DNA from: Ostreococcus lucimarinus
Taxonomy: Eukaryota
Assembly (NCBI GenBank): GCA_000092065.1
Contig: CP000592.1
Length of the DNA stretch: 64,000 nt
Direction: 5' to 3' (one strand)
Positions within the stretch are counted from its first letter, which is position 1. The number at the start of each line of letters is the position of its first letter. A program made the translations under genes and the position numbers. Below the pieces are notes generated by a model. That model saw only the letters and a program-made list of their open reading frames with translations, made no database searches and was not told where the DNA came from. Shown here piece by piece: positions 29,621 to 39,926 of the stretch.

Positions 29621-32222
29621 ATGAGCGTCGTCGGGATCGACTTCGGGAACGCGAATAACGTCGTCGCGCTGGCGCGAAGGAAAGGGATCGACGTCGTGCT
29701 GAACGACGAGTCCAAGCGAGAGACGCCGAGCATGATTAATTTCGGGGACAAGCAGGCGCGTGGAGAAAAAAAACGCTCGGCGAGGCGAGCGACGACGCGC
29801 GAACGAAGAGACAGATGAAGATGAAGCTTCTTCTTTTTCATTCCTCGAGCGAACCGAGAGACGAGAGCGATGGGGCGACGGCGAACGGGAGGGGCGACGC
29901 GGTGATGAAGACTGACGATTGGTGGATGATTTTCGCGACGCGCAGCGATTCGTCGGGTGCGCGGCGGCGGATAAGATTAACATGCAACCGAAGAACACGC
30001 TGACGCAGCTCAAGCGCTTGATTGGGAAAAAGTACGACGACGTCGAGGCGCAGAGCGATTTGCAAAACTTGCCGTTCGCCGCCAAGCGCGGAGCGAACGG
30101 GGAGTTGATGTTTACCATGCAGTACATGGGGGAGACGCGAGATTTCGTGCCGGAACAGTGCGTAGCGGCGATTTTGGCTGATTTGAAGAGAATCGCGGAG
30201 AACGACAACGGCACCAAGGTGACGGATTGCGTCATCTCGGTGCCAGTCTTCGCCACGGACGCGGAGCGCCGCGCGATGCTGGATGCGGCGTCGATTTGTG
30301 GCTTGAACGTGTTGCGATTGATGCACGAAACTACGGCGACGGCGTTGGCGTACGGGATCTTCAAAACCTCAGAGTTCACCGACGAGCCGGTGAACACGGC
30401 GTTCATCGACGTCGGTCACTCTGCGATGCAAGTGTGCATCGCGCAGTTCACGAAGAAGGGGTTGAAGATTCTGTCTACCGGTTTCGACCGAAACTTGGGT
30501 GGACGCAACTTTGATGAAGTCATGTTCGATCACTTTTGCGAAGAGTTCAAGGCGTCGAAGAAGATTGACATTCGTTCCAACGCTCGCGCGTCGCTTCGTC
30601 TGAAGACGGCGATCGAGAAGATGAAGAAGATTCTTTCCTCGAACCCGGAGGCGCCGCTCAGCATCGAGTGTCTCATGGATGATGTCGACGTTCAATCGAT
30701 GATGACTCGTGAGAAGATGGAAGAGCTCGCGGCGGACACGATCTCCAAGCTCATGGGCCCGGTGGAGACGGCGGTGAAGGAAGCCGGACTCACCGTGGAC
30801 GACATCTCTGCCGTCGAACTCGTTGGCAACGCTTCGCGCATGCCCGCCATTTCGAGTCGACTTCAAGAGTACTTCGGCAAGGTGCCGGGGCGCACGGTGA
30901 ACGCGTCAGAGTGCGTGGCGCGCGGTTGCGCGCTTCAAGGCGCCATGCTTTCGCCACTCTTCCGCGTGCGCGAGTTTGAAGTTCAAGACTCGTTCCCGTT
31001 CCCGATCTCCGTTGCGTGGGCCAGCGATGACGGCACGAACAAGACGATGGAACTTTTCGAGCGCAATAACTTAGTTCCCAGCACCAAGCTCATGACATTC
31101 TTCAAGAACGACAAATTCTCCATTCAAGCGAGTTACGCCGGAAGTGAGCTTTTGTCCGAGTCCACAGAACCCGTCGTCGGCACGTACGAAATCGGCCCGT
31201 TCGCAAAAGCCGCGGATGGTGAGAAACAAAAACTCAAGGTGAAAGTACGTTTGAACCTGAACAGTTTGGTCACTGTCGAATCCGCGCAAGTCGTGGAGGA
31301 AATCGAAGAAGAGGAAGCGCCGGCGCCGGAGGAAGAGATGAAGGACGAAGCCGCGCCGCCAGCCGACGGCGCGGAGGGCATGGAAACCGACGCCGCGAGC
31401 CAGGAACCCAAGGCGGAGGAGCCAAAGGCGGAGGAAAAGCCCCCGGCCAAGAAGAAGGTTAAAAAGACGGACGTACCGGTGACGAGCCACGTCGGCGGTT
31501 TGCCGCCAAAAATCGTCGAGCGCTTCACCAACGAAGAGTACGACATGGCACTGCAGGACAAGGTGATAGAAGAGACGAAGGAGCGCAAGAACGCCGTCGA
31601 GGAGTATGTGTATAGCATGCGCTCTAAGATTGCCGAACAACTCGCCGAGTACGTCGATGACGCCACTCGCGAGAGCTTCAACGCGCTGTTGAACGCCACG
31701 GAGGATTGGTTGTACGAGGATGGCGAGGACGAGACCAAGGGTGTGTACGTGAACAAGCTCGAAGAACTCAGAGCGATCGGAGAGCCCATCGTCGGCCGCG
31801 AGAGAGAAGAAAGCGAACGCCCCGGCGCGATCGCCGCGCTCACGGCGTTGGCCGAAAACTTCTTGTCCCTGGCTGGAGATGAGGCGCACGCCCACATCGA
31901 CGCCGCAGACTTGGAAAAAGTTGCGCAAGAGTGCAACGACGCCCTGGCGTGGTTGAACGAAAAGGCTACTCTGCAAGCCGCCACGCCGAAGACGCAACCG
32001 GCTGTTTTGTTGATTTCGGACATAGACAAGAAGCGTGCCACGTTAGAGCGCGTCGCGACGCCCATTTTGAGCCGCCCCAAGCCGGCGCCAAAGGTTGAGA
32101 CGCCGCCGCCCGCGGCTGAAGACGCCGAACCGATGGACGACGGCACCGCCGAAGAAGGCGCCGAAGAAGGCGAAGAGGCAAACGATGAGGCCATGGATGA
32201 CGCTGCGGACTCTCTCGACTGA
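29621..32222 (+). CDS. Hsp110/Sse1-type Hsp70-family chaperone; exon 1 29621..29755 and exon 2 29946..32222
   Basis: Exon 1 encodes MSVVGIDFGNANNVVALARRKGIDVVLNDESKRETPSMINFGDKQ. Exon 2 continues RFVGCAAADKINMQPKNTLTQLKRLIGKKY..., collinear with plant HSP91 (FGDKQRFIG). There is a long C-terminal acidic tail. The exact donor position is not resolved. Confidence 0.85.
29756..29945 (+). other. Intron of the Hsp110 gene (apparent GC-AG type)
   Basis: A 190-nt intron is required to join DKQ to RFVG in frame. No GT is available at the junction and the intron would begin gcgcgt. The branch-like agactgacg sits 31 nt before the acceptor cgcag. Confidence 0.5.
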
Positions 32223-32340
32223 GCTCCTTTTGCGAATTGATTTCAATACCATTTCATTACCTTTACACTACCCGTACCGACCCGACGACGGCTAACACGA
32301 CGGCTAACAACGGCTGTGTGCACAACGGCTGCGGGCGCAT

Positions 32341-33969
32341 GTGGAGCCGCACACACGCGCACCCACCATGCACACAACATTGATCGCCATCGCCATCGTG
32401 CACGCACTCGTCAAGCACGTTTCAGCGCAGACGTGCGCGCTCGCTAGCGAAATCGCGCGAGAAGATGTCAAGAACGCGCTGGCGTCGGCGTTTTACGTCG
32501 ACGAAGGCTCCACGTGGATGTTCGATTTCGACCAACTTCCTGCCGATTGTACTGATTGCGGAAACGCAAATCCAGCTTCCACGTACGGGTGTCCACGATT
32601 CAGCGTCTCGCGCGTGAGACGCCGTAGCCGCCGCACACGTGGCGACGATGAAGATGCGCCGCGGCGCGTCGTGAGAGCGTCGGCGACCGAACCGGAATAT
32701 CACACGTTGCCGGTTTTGGACAGCCCGAACATCGAGTTTGCGGAGGGATCATCTCCGGGTGCGCAACGGGATGGAGTTCTGCCACAGACGTGTGAATGGA
32801 CTCTTGAACCGACGGAAGTCGTACTTATTTATGGTTGCACTCCGTCCGCGCTGGCTTACTTCGGAATCACCCCGTATTGGTATCGGTTAGGGGGAGCCAC
32901 GTCAAGTCTCGTGTTTGCGAGTTTGAGTGACACGTTCAGCATGGGTGAAAACGGCGACTTCGGCGCGTTTACGCGTTTGAGCACAGAGGCAGCCACCGTG
33001 TCTCCCGGGACGTTCATTCGTGCGCCAACTGCGCCCTGGAACTCCTCGTTTTCGTTTATAATGTCGCGAAACAGAGCCGCGCTTTCCCTCGCCGCGGCGG
33101 TACTGCGTGACCGCGGTTTAGTGGTGAACGAAGTGGGCGTACCGCCACCGCCATCTTCCGATTCGACGTATACGGTGCTTTATCGCGGCGCCTTACCGGC
33201 GTCATCTGAGGCTTGGAAAAACTGGGTAAGGGCTCCACCCATCACGACGCTTCGACTAAAACCGAAGTCCGCCGCCGCGCCGGAAGCGATTTTCGAAGCC
33301 GCCGCGCCGTTGATCGCAAGGCGCACGGTCGATGAGCTCAGTCTCACGCAAGCGTACGACGCTCTCGTGAGCGCGGTCCGCGAACGCGTGGCGAGCGTTC
33401 CCGGACGAGACGCCGCGGTTGCGGCCACCGTGAGACCTCAAATCGTGATTGATTCTTCGATGACATGCGTCAACTTTCGCATCAATTGCGGCGGAGACAA
33501 CCGTGACACGAACTACATTCGAGCGCCAGCGTTTACGCTCGCATCGAACGACGACTTGGTGTACGCCATCGGCGTGCGTCACGTCTGGACGCGAAACGCC
33601 TATTATCACAGCGTCGCGTTGTACAATCGCGCCCGGCGTCTCGCCGTCGTATCCATCGAAGACGCCGTCTTCAAAAACTCCGCCGCGCCGTGGTCGACAT
33701 CCGACGCGTTTTACGTCGTCGCGTTCGCGCGCGATTGCTCTCGACACGACGTCCCCATCGGCGTCCCGTGCGTCGACGTGCCGCAAAACGGATTTCCGAG
33801 CGCCTCCCGCGACGAATCCATCGAGCTCTGGGAGCGTCCGTACTCCACCTATTCCACCACCATCGGTCCGTGGTGGCAATCTATGATTTTACCGACGCTA
33901 GTGCGTTCGATCCCGGCGCCGCCGCCGTCGTCGTCGAACCCGTTCTCCGCGCTCTTCGCGTCGTTTTAA
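32341..33969 (+). CDS. Hypothetical secreted protein with an N-terminal signal peptide
   Basis: Hydrophobic MHTTLIAIAIVHALVKHVSAQ leader. The 500-aa body contains scattered Cys and no recognisable domain. Confidence 0.45.
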   Translation: MEPHTRAPTMHTTLIAIAIVHALVKHVSAQTCALASEIAREDVKNALASAFYVDEGSTWMFDFDQLPADCTDCGNANPASTYGCPRFSVSRVRRRSRRTRGDDEDAPRRVVRASATEPEYHTLPVLDSPNIEFAEGSSPGAQRDGVLPQTCEWTLEPTEVVLIYGCTPSALAYFGITPYWYRLGGATSSLVFASLSDTFSMGENGDFGAFTRLSTEAATVSPGTFIRAPTAPWNSSFSFIMSRNRAALSLAAAVLRDRGLVVNEVGVPPPPSSDSTYTVLYRGALPASSEAWKNWVRAPPITTLRLKPKSAAAPEAIFEAAAPLIARRTVDELSLTQAYDALVSAVRERVASVPGRDAAVAATVRPQIVIDSSMTCVNFRINCGGDNRDTNYIRAPAFTLASNDDLVYAIGVRHVWTRNAYYHSVALYNRARRLAVVSIEDAVFKNSAAPWSTSDAFYVVAFARDCSRHDVPIGVPCVDVPQNGFPSASRDESIELWERPYSTYSTTIGPWWQSMILPTLVRSIPAPPPSSSNPFSALFASF

Positions 33970-33989
33970 CAAAACTTTCACTCCGCGCG

Positions 33990-34277
33990 TCAACTCATGA
34001 ACGCCCGCACCGCTCGCCCGCGATGGTCGTACTCGTCGAAATCGCTGACGTTCGCGTCGTACGGTTTCGCGCCGTCGTCTCGTTCGACGCGCATGGGTTT
34101 AAACGCCTCCGTCGCGCGCAACGCCGCGTAGCAGTGCAGGACCAGAGCGATGATGACGAGCGCGGCGATCGACGCTTTCGACGCCGACGCGTCGTCGCTG
34201 GCGATGACGGCCGTGCGACACGCGGCGGCGAGCGCGATGGAACCGCCCGCGGCGGCGGCGACGGCATCGCGACGCAT
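33990..34277 (-). CDS. Small hypothetical single-pass membrane protein
   Basis: 95-aa ORF with one hydrophobic helix (IAALVIIALVLHCYAAL), convergent with the neighbouring gene. Coding status is uncertain. Confidence 0.2.
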   Translation of the reverse strand: MRRDAVAAAAGGSIALAAACRTAVIASDDASASKASIAALVIIALVLHCYAALRATEAFKPMRVERDDGAKPYDANVSDFDEYDHRGRAVRAFMS

Positions 34278-34347
34278 GGCGCGTTGTGCAGCGTGAACAA
34301 CTCGAAAATCAGCAATACAGGAGACTAGTGACTACAGCTAGAGGCGC

Positions 34348-35904
34348 TCACACCGCGGCGCCGTATTGACGGGTTAAATCATTCGCCCTCGCGGATTCTA
34401 ACAGCGCGAAGCTCGAAGACCGCGGAACGTAGCCCGCTTCGGCGGCGTGAGACGTCGAAAGCGCGTGACGATCGCGCGCAGAGACGACTTCGGCGTCCCA
34501 ATCGAGACGGCGCGCGATGACGAAGCCGAGCGCGCCGGTGTGGACCACCGTGGCGACTAAACCGCCGAGAACGAGACCGAGGGCGCCCATGTGCGCACCG
34601 AAGGCTAATGCGAGCGATAGTGGAATACCTATGATCCAGTACGCGACGACGACGATTTTTGCGGCGAGCGATTGCTTACCGCACGCTCGCATCACGCCCG
34701 CTTGCACGGCGCCTGCGCAATCAAACAGCGCGTACGCCGCAAGCGCAATCATGAGCTCGGACACGAGCTCGCGCACCTCTTCACGCGAGGTGAACAAGTT
34801 TGCCCAATCTTTCCTCGCGACGATGATGCCCACGCTCGCGATGACGCCAACGCAGGCGATGAGTTGGAACGAGACGGCGACGGCGCGCCGCGCCCTCTTA
34901 GCGTTGCCGGCGCCGAGCTCGTGCGTTACGCGCGTCAACGACGCCACGCCGAGCCCGATCGACGCGTCGAACACGAACGCATTCGTACTGCCGTAAATAG
35001 ACAGCGCTGAGAGCGCAATCTCGGGATTCGGCAAGTATCCCGCCATTACTACCGTCATCTCGCTGGCCCACCACTCCATCTTCATAGCAACGCCCGGCAA
35101 CGCGAGCGCGAAGTATTCCCGCAATCCCTCCGTCGAGATCGCGCGTCGCAGTTGCCATCCTGGCCAGCACATATCGCGCTTGAGCGCCAACGCCTCGTCG
35201 CGTTCGCGAAACATTCTTCGCCAGACCGTCGCGTACGCCACCTGCGTAGCCAAACAAACCGCCGACGACGCGCTCCACGCCAACGCCGCGCCGATGACCC
35301 CGATCTCCCATCGCCACACGAAGTAATAGCACAAAATCGGATGCGCGATCGCCGCGAGCACGCCGCCCAACGCCTGCGGCCGCGTGATTCCCTGCGAATG
35401 CAAGTACGTCATCGTGCACTGCGTCCACGCGTAGCACAACACCCCCGGCGTCGCCGCTCGCAAAAATCGTCCCGCCTCGCGACTCACGCCCGCGTCTTGC
35501 CCCGTCGCCGCTAAAAATTCCTCACCCCTCGTCGCGAACACCGCGCACGTCAACGCCGCGTACGTCGTCGTCACCAAGAGCGCGCGTTGCGTCGTCTCTC
35601 CCACGCGCTCGTACGCCCCTAATCCGTACGCCGTACCGGCCAGCGTGTTCACCGCGCTCGCCAGTCCCACCAGCACCGATTTACACGCGATGTTTATCGT
35701 CGTCATCGCGAGCGCGGCGCCCGCGAGCTCGACCGTCGCGCGCGCTCGTCCGACGAAGACGAGCGTCACTAAATCTCTCAGCGTGTTCATCGTCATCGAC
35801 ACGCTCACCGGGATCGCGAGCGCGATCTGCGCCGCGCGCTCGACGCTCGCGCCGTCGTCGTCGTCGTCGTCGCCCGCCGCGCCGTCGCGATCGTCCGCGC
35901 CCAT
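34348..35904 (-). CDS. MATE-family efflux transporter
   Basis: Twelve predicted TM helices with MATE-like blocks (LALPGVAMKMEWWASEMTVVMAGYLP, ALSIYGST). Confidence 0.75.
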   Translation of the reverse strand: MGADDRDGAAGDDDDDDGASVERAAQIALAIPVSVSMTMNTLRDLVTLVFVGRARATVELAGAALAMTTINIACKSVLVGLASAVNTLAGTAYGLGAYERVGETTQRALLVTTTYAALTCAVFATRGEEFLAATGQDAGVSREAGRFLRAATPGVLCYAWTQCTMTYLHSQGITRPQALGGVLAAIAHPILCYYFVWRWEIGVIGAALAWSASSAVCLATQVAYATVWRRMFRERDEALALKRDMCWPGWQLRRAISTEGLREYFALALPGVAMKMEWWASEMTVVMAGYLPNPEIALSALSIYGSTNAFVFDASIGLGVASLTRVTHELGAGNAKRARRAVAVSFQLIACVGVIASVGIIVARKDWANLFTSREEVRELVSELMIALAAYALFDCAGAVQAGVMRACGKQSLAAKIVVVAYWIIGIPLSLALAFGAHMGALGLVLGGLVATVVHTGALGFVIARRLDWDAEVVSARDRHALSTSHAAEAGYVPRSSSFALLESARANDLTRQYGAAV

Positions 35905-35926
35905 GACGCGCGCGACGCGTCGGTGA

Positions 35927-36643
35927 GTGCGGCGGCGTCGAGCGTCGACGTCGAATCGTCACTCGGCGCCGCTCGACGCGCGTCGCGACCGCGCGTCGTC
36001 TCGATCGCGCGACATGCGCGCGTCCACGTCCGCCGCGCCGCCGCGCGCGTCGTGGGCGCGTCGCGGCGCGTCGGCGCGCGCGCGAGCGCCGCGAACGCGC
36101 TCCGCCGCCGGTCGCGACGTCACGCGTCGCGGGCTTCACCGCCAGCCCGTCGCGCTCGGAGAGACGCTGCCGATGGACGTCCAGGTGTCGTACTTCGACG
36201 ACGACGGGAACCTGGTGCGGTGCGAGTTCGGGGATTTGCTGCGAGGGAAGACGGCGGTGGTGTTCGCGGTGCCCGGCGCGTTTACGCCGACGTGCTCGAC
36301 GAAACATTTGCCGGGATACGTCGAACGCGCGGACGCGATGCGCGAGCGCGGCGTGGATGAGGTGATTTGCGTGTCCGTGAACGATGCCTTCGTGATGAAC
36401 GCGTGGGGGAACAGCGCGGGAGCGAAGATGGCGAAAATTAAGATGGTCGCGGACGGGTCGGCGGCGTGGAGCAAGGCGTGCGGAGTGGATTTGGATCTTC
36501 ACGAGCAAGGGATGGGAACGCGCAGTCGCCGCTACGCGCTCATCGCGCGCGATGGGGTGATCGAGTACTTGGCCATGGAGTCGGGGCAAAAGTACGAGAC
36601 GAGTGGTGCGGCGGATATTTTGGAAAGGTTGCCGCTTCCGTGA
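35927..36643 (+). CDS. Type II peroxiredoxin (Prx5 / PrxII-like) with an N-terminal presequence
   Basis: GKTAVVFAVPGAFTPTCSTKHLPGYVERADAMRERGVDEVICVSVNDAFVMNAWG is the classic PrxII active-site block. Confidence 0.8.
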   Translation: MRRRRASTSNRHSAPLDARRDRASSRSRDMRASTSAAPPRASWARRGASARARAPRTRSAAGRDVTRRGLHRQPVALGETLPMDVQVSYFDDDGNLVRCEFGDLLRGKTAVVFAVPGAFTPTCSTKHLPGYVERADAMRERGVDEVICVSVNDAFVMNAWGNSAGAKMAKIKMVADGSAAWSKACGVDLDLHEQGMGTRSRRYALIARDGVIEYLAMESGQKYETSGAADILERLPLP

Positions 36644-36733
36644 ACGAGCGCGACGGCGATTTACTCTTCGTTTTACTCTTCGCATAGATACCCTAGCGCG
36701 CGACGGATGAGCGATGAATCATTTAATCAAAGA

Positions 36734-36807
36734 TACTTACGTCTTCTTCTACGAGTGGTTTCGAAGAGATAATTACGTCTTCTTTTACAAGTGGATTTGA
36801 ACAATAC
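36734..36807. repeat. Imperfect tandem duplication of about 37 bp in the convergent 3' region
   Basis: acttacgtcttcttctacgagtggtttcgaagagata is followed by attacgtcttcttttacaagtggatttgaacaatact. A (ttactcttcg)2 mini-repeat lies at 36661..36682. Confidence 0.6.
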
Positions 36808-36832
36808 TCATGTGGACGATGTATCAAGACGT

Positions 36833-38524
36833 TCATCGCGCCGGGGCATTTTGAGTGACGCCCTTTTTGCCCTTTCCTCTACCCGCGGCCTCGAGCGCTT
36901 CGAGGTAAGGCTCGTCGATATCGCCCGTGACGTAATCGCCATCGAAGCACGACGCATCGAAACGCGGGATTTGCGCGTTCATGCCGAGACCCGCTTGCAA
37001 GAGGTCTTCGACGGTTTGGTAAATCAAACCATCCGCGCCGAGGGTGGCGCAAATTTCATCCTCAGTCTTGTCGTCGGCGACGAATTCCTTGCGCGACGGC
37101 ATGTCGACGCCGTACACGTTGGGAAAGCGAACTGGCGGCGCTGCGGAGGCGAGGTAGACCTTGACCGCACCCGCGGCGCGGCACATTTGCACGATTTGGT
37201 TCATCGTCGTCCCGCGAACGATGGAGTCGTCGATGAGCAAGACGCGCTTACCGTTGAACACCGATCGCATGGCGTTGAGCTTACGCCGCACGGACAATTC
37301 GCGGATGCGCTGGTCGGGCATGATGAACGTACGACCGACGTATCGGTTCTTGACCAAACCTTCGCGGTAAGGCAAGTCGAGCGCCGACGCGACTTCGATG
37401 GCGCTCGGACGAGAGCCATCCGGCACGGGCACGATGGTATCAATCTCCCATCCGCGCTCGCTGATGCGCTTAGCCAAACGGCGGCCGAGTTCAAGTTGGA
37501 ACTCGTACACGGAGATGCCGTTGATTTGAGAATCCGGGCGCGCCAAGTAAATGTACTCGAAGATGCACGGCGAGATGGAACCCTTCATGCACTGACGAGA
37601 AATCATCTTGCCCTCGGCCGTGATCAGGATCGCCTCCCCGGGATTGACATCACGCACGGTGGTGAATCCGAGCGGTCCGAACGCGGCGTCTTCACTCGCG
37701 ACGCACCACTCGTCTTCGCCGTCGGCGTTTTGACGTTGCCCCAACACGAGCGGGCGAATGCCGTTCGGGTCGCGAAACGCGAACATGCCTTGGCCGTTGA
37801 TGAGCGAGATGATCGAGTACGCCCCTTTCACCTTACCCATCGTCACCGTCACCGCGTCAAACAACTGCTTGTCGCTATCCTTATCGGGGTGCGCCGCGAT
37901 TTCCTTGCTCAAATCTTCCGCGAAGACGTTCAACAAAACCTCCGAATCGCTCCCGGTGCGCAAGTGCCTGTTGTTCAGCTCCTTCGCCCGCAGCTCATCC
38001 GTGTTCGTGAGATTCCCGTTATGAATCAAATAAATCCCCAGCGGTTGGTTCACGAAGAACGGTTGCGCCTCGGTCGCGCTCAGCCCCCCGGCCGTGGGAT
38101 ATCGCACGTGTCCCATGCCGATGTGTCCGTCCAAATACTTCATCGCGCTCTTATCGAACACGTCCTTCACCAGCCCGTTATCCTTCTTCTCCTTGAACCT
38201 CATCCCGTCGTACGTCACCATTCCCGCGCTGTCCTGACCTCGATGTTGCAGCATGAGCAATCCTTCGTAAATCTCCGCCGCCACGCCCTTGCCCTCGTCC
38301 CTCGTGACGACGCCGATGATCCCGCACGCGCGCGCCGCGCCGTCCCCGCGTCTCGCGCCTCGTCCTCGCGTCCCCGCGTTCGCGCGCGCGCGCGCGCCCA
38401 GCGCGTCGCCCGCGCCGCCGCGCCGCATCGCGCACGCGCGGCTCGACAGCGCCGTCGTCGCGCGTCGCGCATCCCGCGTCGCGCGCGTCGTCGTCGCCGT
38501 CGTCGTCGCCGTCGCCGCCGTCAT
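36833..38524 (-). CDS. Amidophosphoribosyltransferase (glutamine PRPP amidotransferase, PurF)
   Basis: Nucleophile CGIIGV follows a transit-peptide-like leader. The glutaminase and PRTase domains are conserved throughout (RGQDSAGMVT, PRTase motif VLLIDDSIVRGTT). Confidence 0.9.
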   Translation of the reverse strand: MTAATATTTATTTRATRDARRATTALSSRACAMRRGGAGDALGARARANAGTRGRGARRGDGAARACGIIGVVTRDEGKGVAAEIYEGLLMLQHRGQDSAGMVTYDGMRFKEKKDNGLVKDVFDKSAMKYLDGHIGMGHVRYPTAGGLSATEAQPFFVNQPLGIYLIHNGNLTNTDELRAKELNNRHLRTGSDSEVLLNVFAEDLSKEIAAHPDKDSDKQLFDAVTVTMGKVKGAYSIISLINGQGMFAFRDPNGIRPLVLGQRQNADGEDEWCVASEDAAFGPLGFTTVRDVNPGEAILITAEGKMISRQCMKGSISPCIFEYIYLARPDSQINGISVYEFQLELGRRLAKRISERGWEIDTIVPVPDGSRPSAIEVASALDLPYREGLVKNRYVGRTFIMPDQRIRELSVRRKLNAMRSVFNGKRVLLIDDSIVRGTTMNQIVQMCRAAGAVKVYLASAAPPVRFPNVYGVDMPSRKEFVADDKTEDEICATLGADGLIYQTVEDLLQAGLGMNAQIPRFDASCFDGDYVTGDIDEPYLEALEAAGRGKGKKGVTQNAPAR

Positions 38525-39240
38525 TTTTTCAAACCCGGCGCGTCGCGCGTTCGATCGACGTCTCTTCGCGCGTTCGCGCCTCGCTCGCGGTCTCTCTCGG
38601 CGGCGAGTCGATCGTCACCGTCGTCGGGTCGCCGTCGCCGTCGGCGCGCGCGCGTCGCGGTGTGCGTCGACGCCGACGCCGCGCGCGCCGACGGGTCCAC
38701 ATCGCGGTCGGGCAAACGTATGCGCAAACAGTCCGACTGCGTGTATATTGATGCAGGTGCGCCATCGAGGAGGGGTGTTCATACTCGGCACCCGCGCGAG
38801 GGTCGCCGCGACGCCGCGACTCCGCGACGCCGCGACGCGGAAGCGCGCCGAAGAGCGCCGCGAGCGACGCGAACGGTCGACCGCGCGCGCGTCCGCGCGG
38901 ACCGGCGACGCCGCGAACGCGCGCGCGAGCGCGAACGCGCGCGAATCTCGATCGACGCCGCGCGATGGGGCGATGGACGCGCGCGTGCGGCGCGCTCGCG
39001 CGACGCGCGCTCGCGATCGAGATTCGCGCGCCGGCGCGCGCGCCGGTGATGGCGATGCGCGCGCTCGAGCGACGGTTCGCGACGATGACGACGACGACGA
39101 CGACGACGACGACGGCGAGCGCGGCGAGCGCGGCGGCGGCGCGAGGACGCGGCGACGCGACGACGACGACGACGGCGGCGGCGGCGGCGGCGACGAGCGC
39201 GGACGCGACGACGGCGACGGTTTTCGGTGAGAGCGCGCGG

Positions 39241-39462
39241 ATGGTCGACGCGCGATCGAACGAGAGCGATCACGGGAAACACGCGACGACGGGGATGACG
39301 GTGGGCGCGCTGCTCGGACGCCTGCGCGCGCTCGAGCGAGACGCCGAGCGCGATATCGGTGGGTTTTTCGACATGGCGAGCGTGAAACGGAAGCGGAAGA
39401 AGGCGATGAATAAGCACAAGCATCGCAAGCGCAGGCGTAGGGATAGGCACCAGAACAAGTAG
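39241..39462 (+). CDS. Small mitochondrial protein with a C-terminal mS38/DUF1713-type motif (Cox24/AURKAIP1-like); start uncertain
   Basis: The C-terminus MASVKRKRKKAMNKHKHRKRRRRDRHQNK matches the mS38 signature. The long ORF from 38965 is Thr/Ala-rich upstream. Confidence 0.45.
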   Translation: MVDARSNESDHGKHATTGMTVGALLGRLRALERDAERDIGGFFDMASVKRKRKKAMNKHKHRKRRRRDRHQNK

Positions 39463-39524
39463 CATTCGTAATCGCAAACCTCACACGGCGACTCGACGCT
39501 CGACGCGCGCGTCTGCAGACAGCC

Positions 39525-39869
39525 ATGCTCGCCCGATCGCTCGCGCGGCGCGCGCGCGCGATCGTTGACCGCGCGTCCGCGCGCTCGCGCGTCGCCGCGG
39601 CGACGACGCGCGAGAGTCGCGCGTTTTCCGACGAAACCTCGGAGGACGCGGCCGCGCCTTCGCCGAGCGCCGAAGACGTTGAGCGCGTGCGAGCGCTGTT
39701 GGCGCGCGCGAACGTCGACGGCAAACACGCGGATAAGTTTCCATCGTTTGAGCACGCGTTAGGGGCGAAGAGCGAGCGGCTGAAAGCGATGGGACTCGGG
39801 GTGAAGGAACGCAAAGCGTTTCTGCGCGAGGCAAACTTACAGCGGCGAGAGCGAGGTAGCACACGATAG
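39525..39869 (+). CDS. Small mitochondrial-targeted protein, IGR-domain (mS41-like) candidate
   Basis: Presequence MLARSLARRARAIV, then KHADKFPSFEHALGAKSERLKAMGLGVKERKAFLREANLQRR, which resembles the IGR motif. Confidence 0.35.
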   Translation: MLARSLARRARAIVDRASARSRVAAATTRESRAFSDETSEDAAAPSPSAEDVERVRALLARANVDGKHADKFPSFEHALGAKSERLKAMGLGVKERKAFLREANLQRRERGSTR

Positions 39870-39926
39870 ATTGATTTTGAAACAGCACGTAGTAGATTAC
39901 AACACAAAACGAAACGAGCGACGCGA

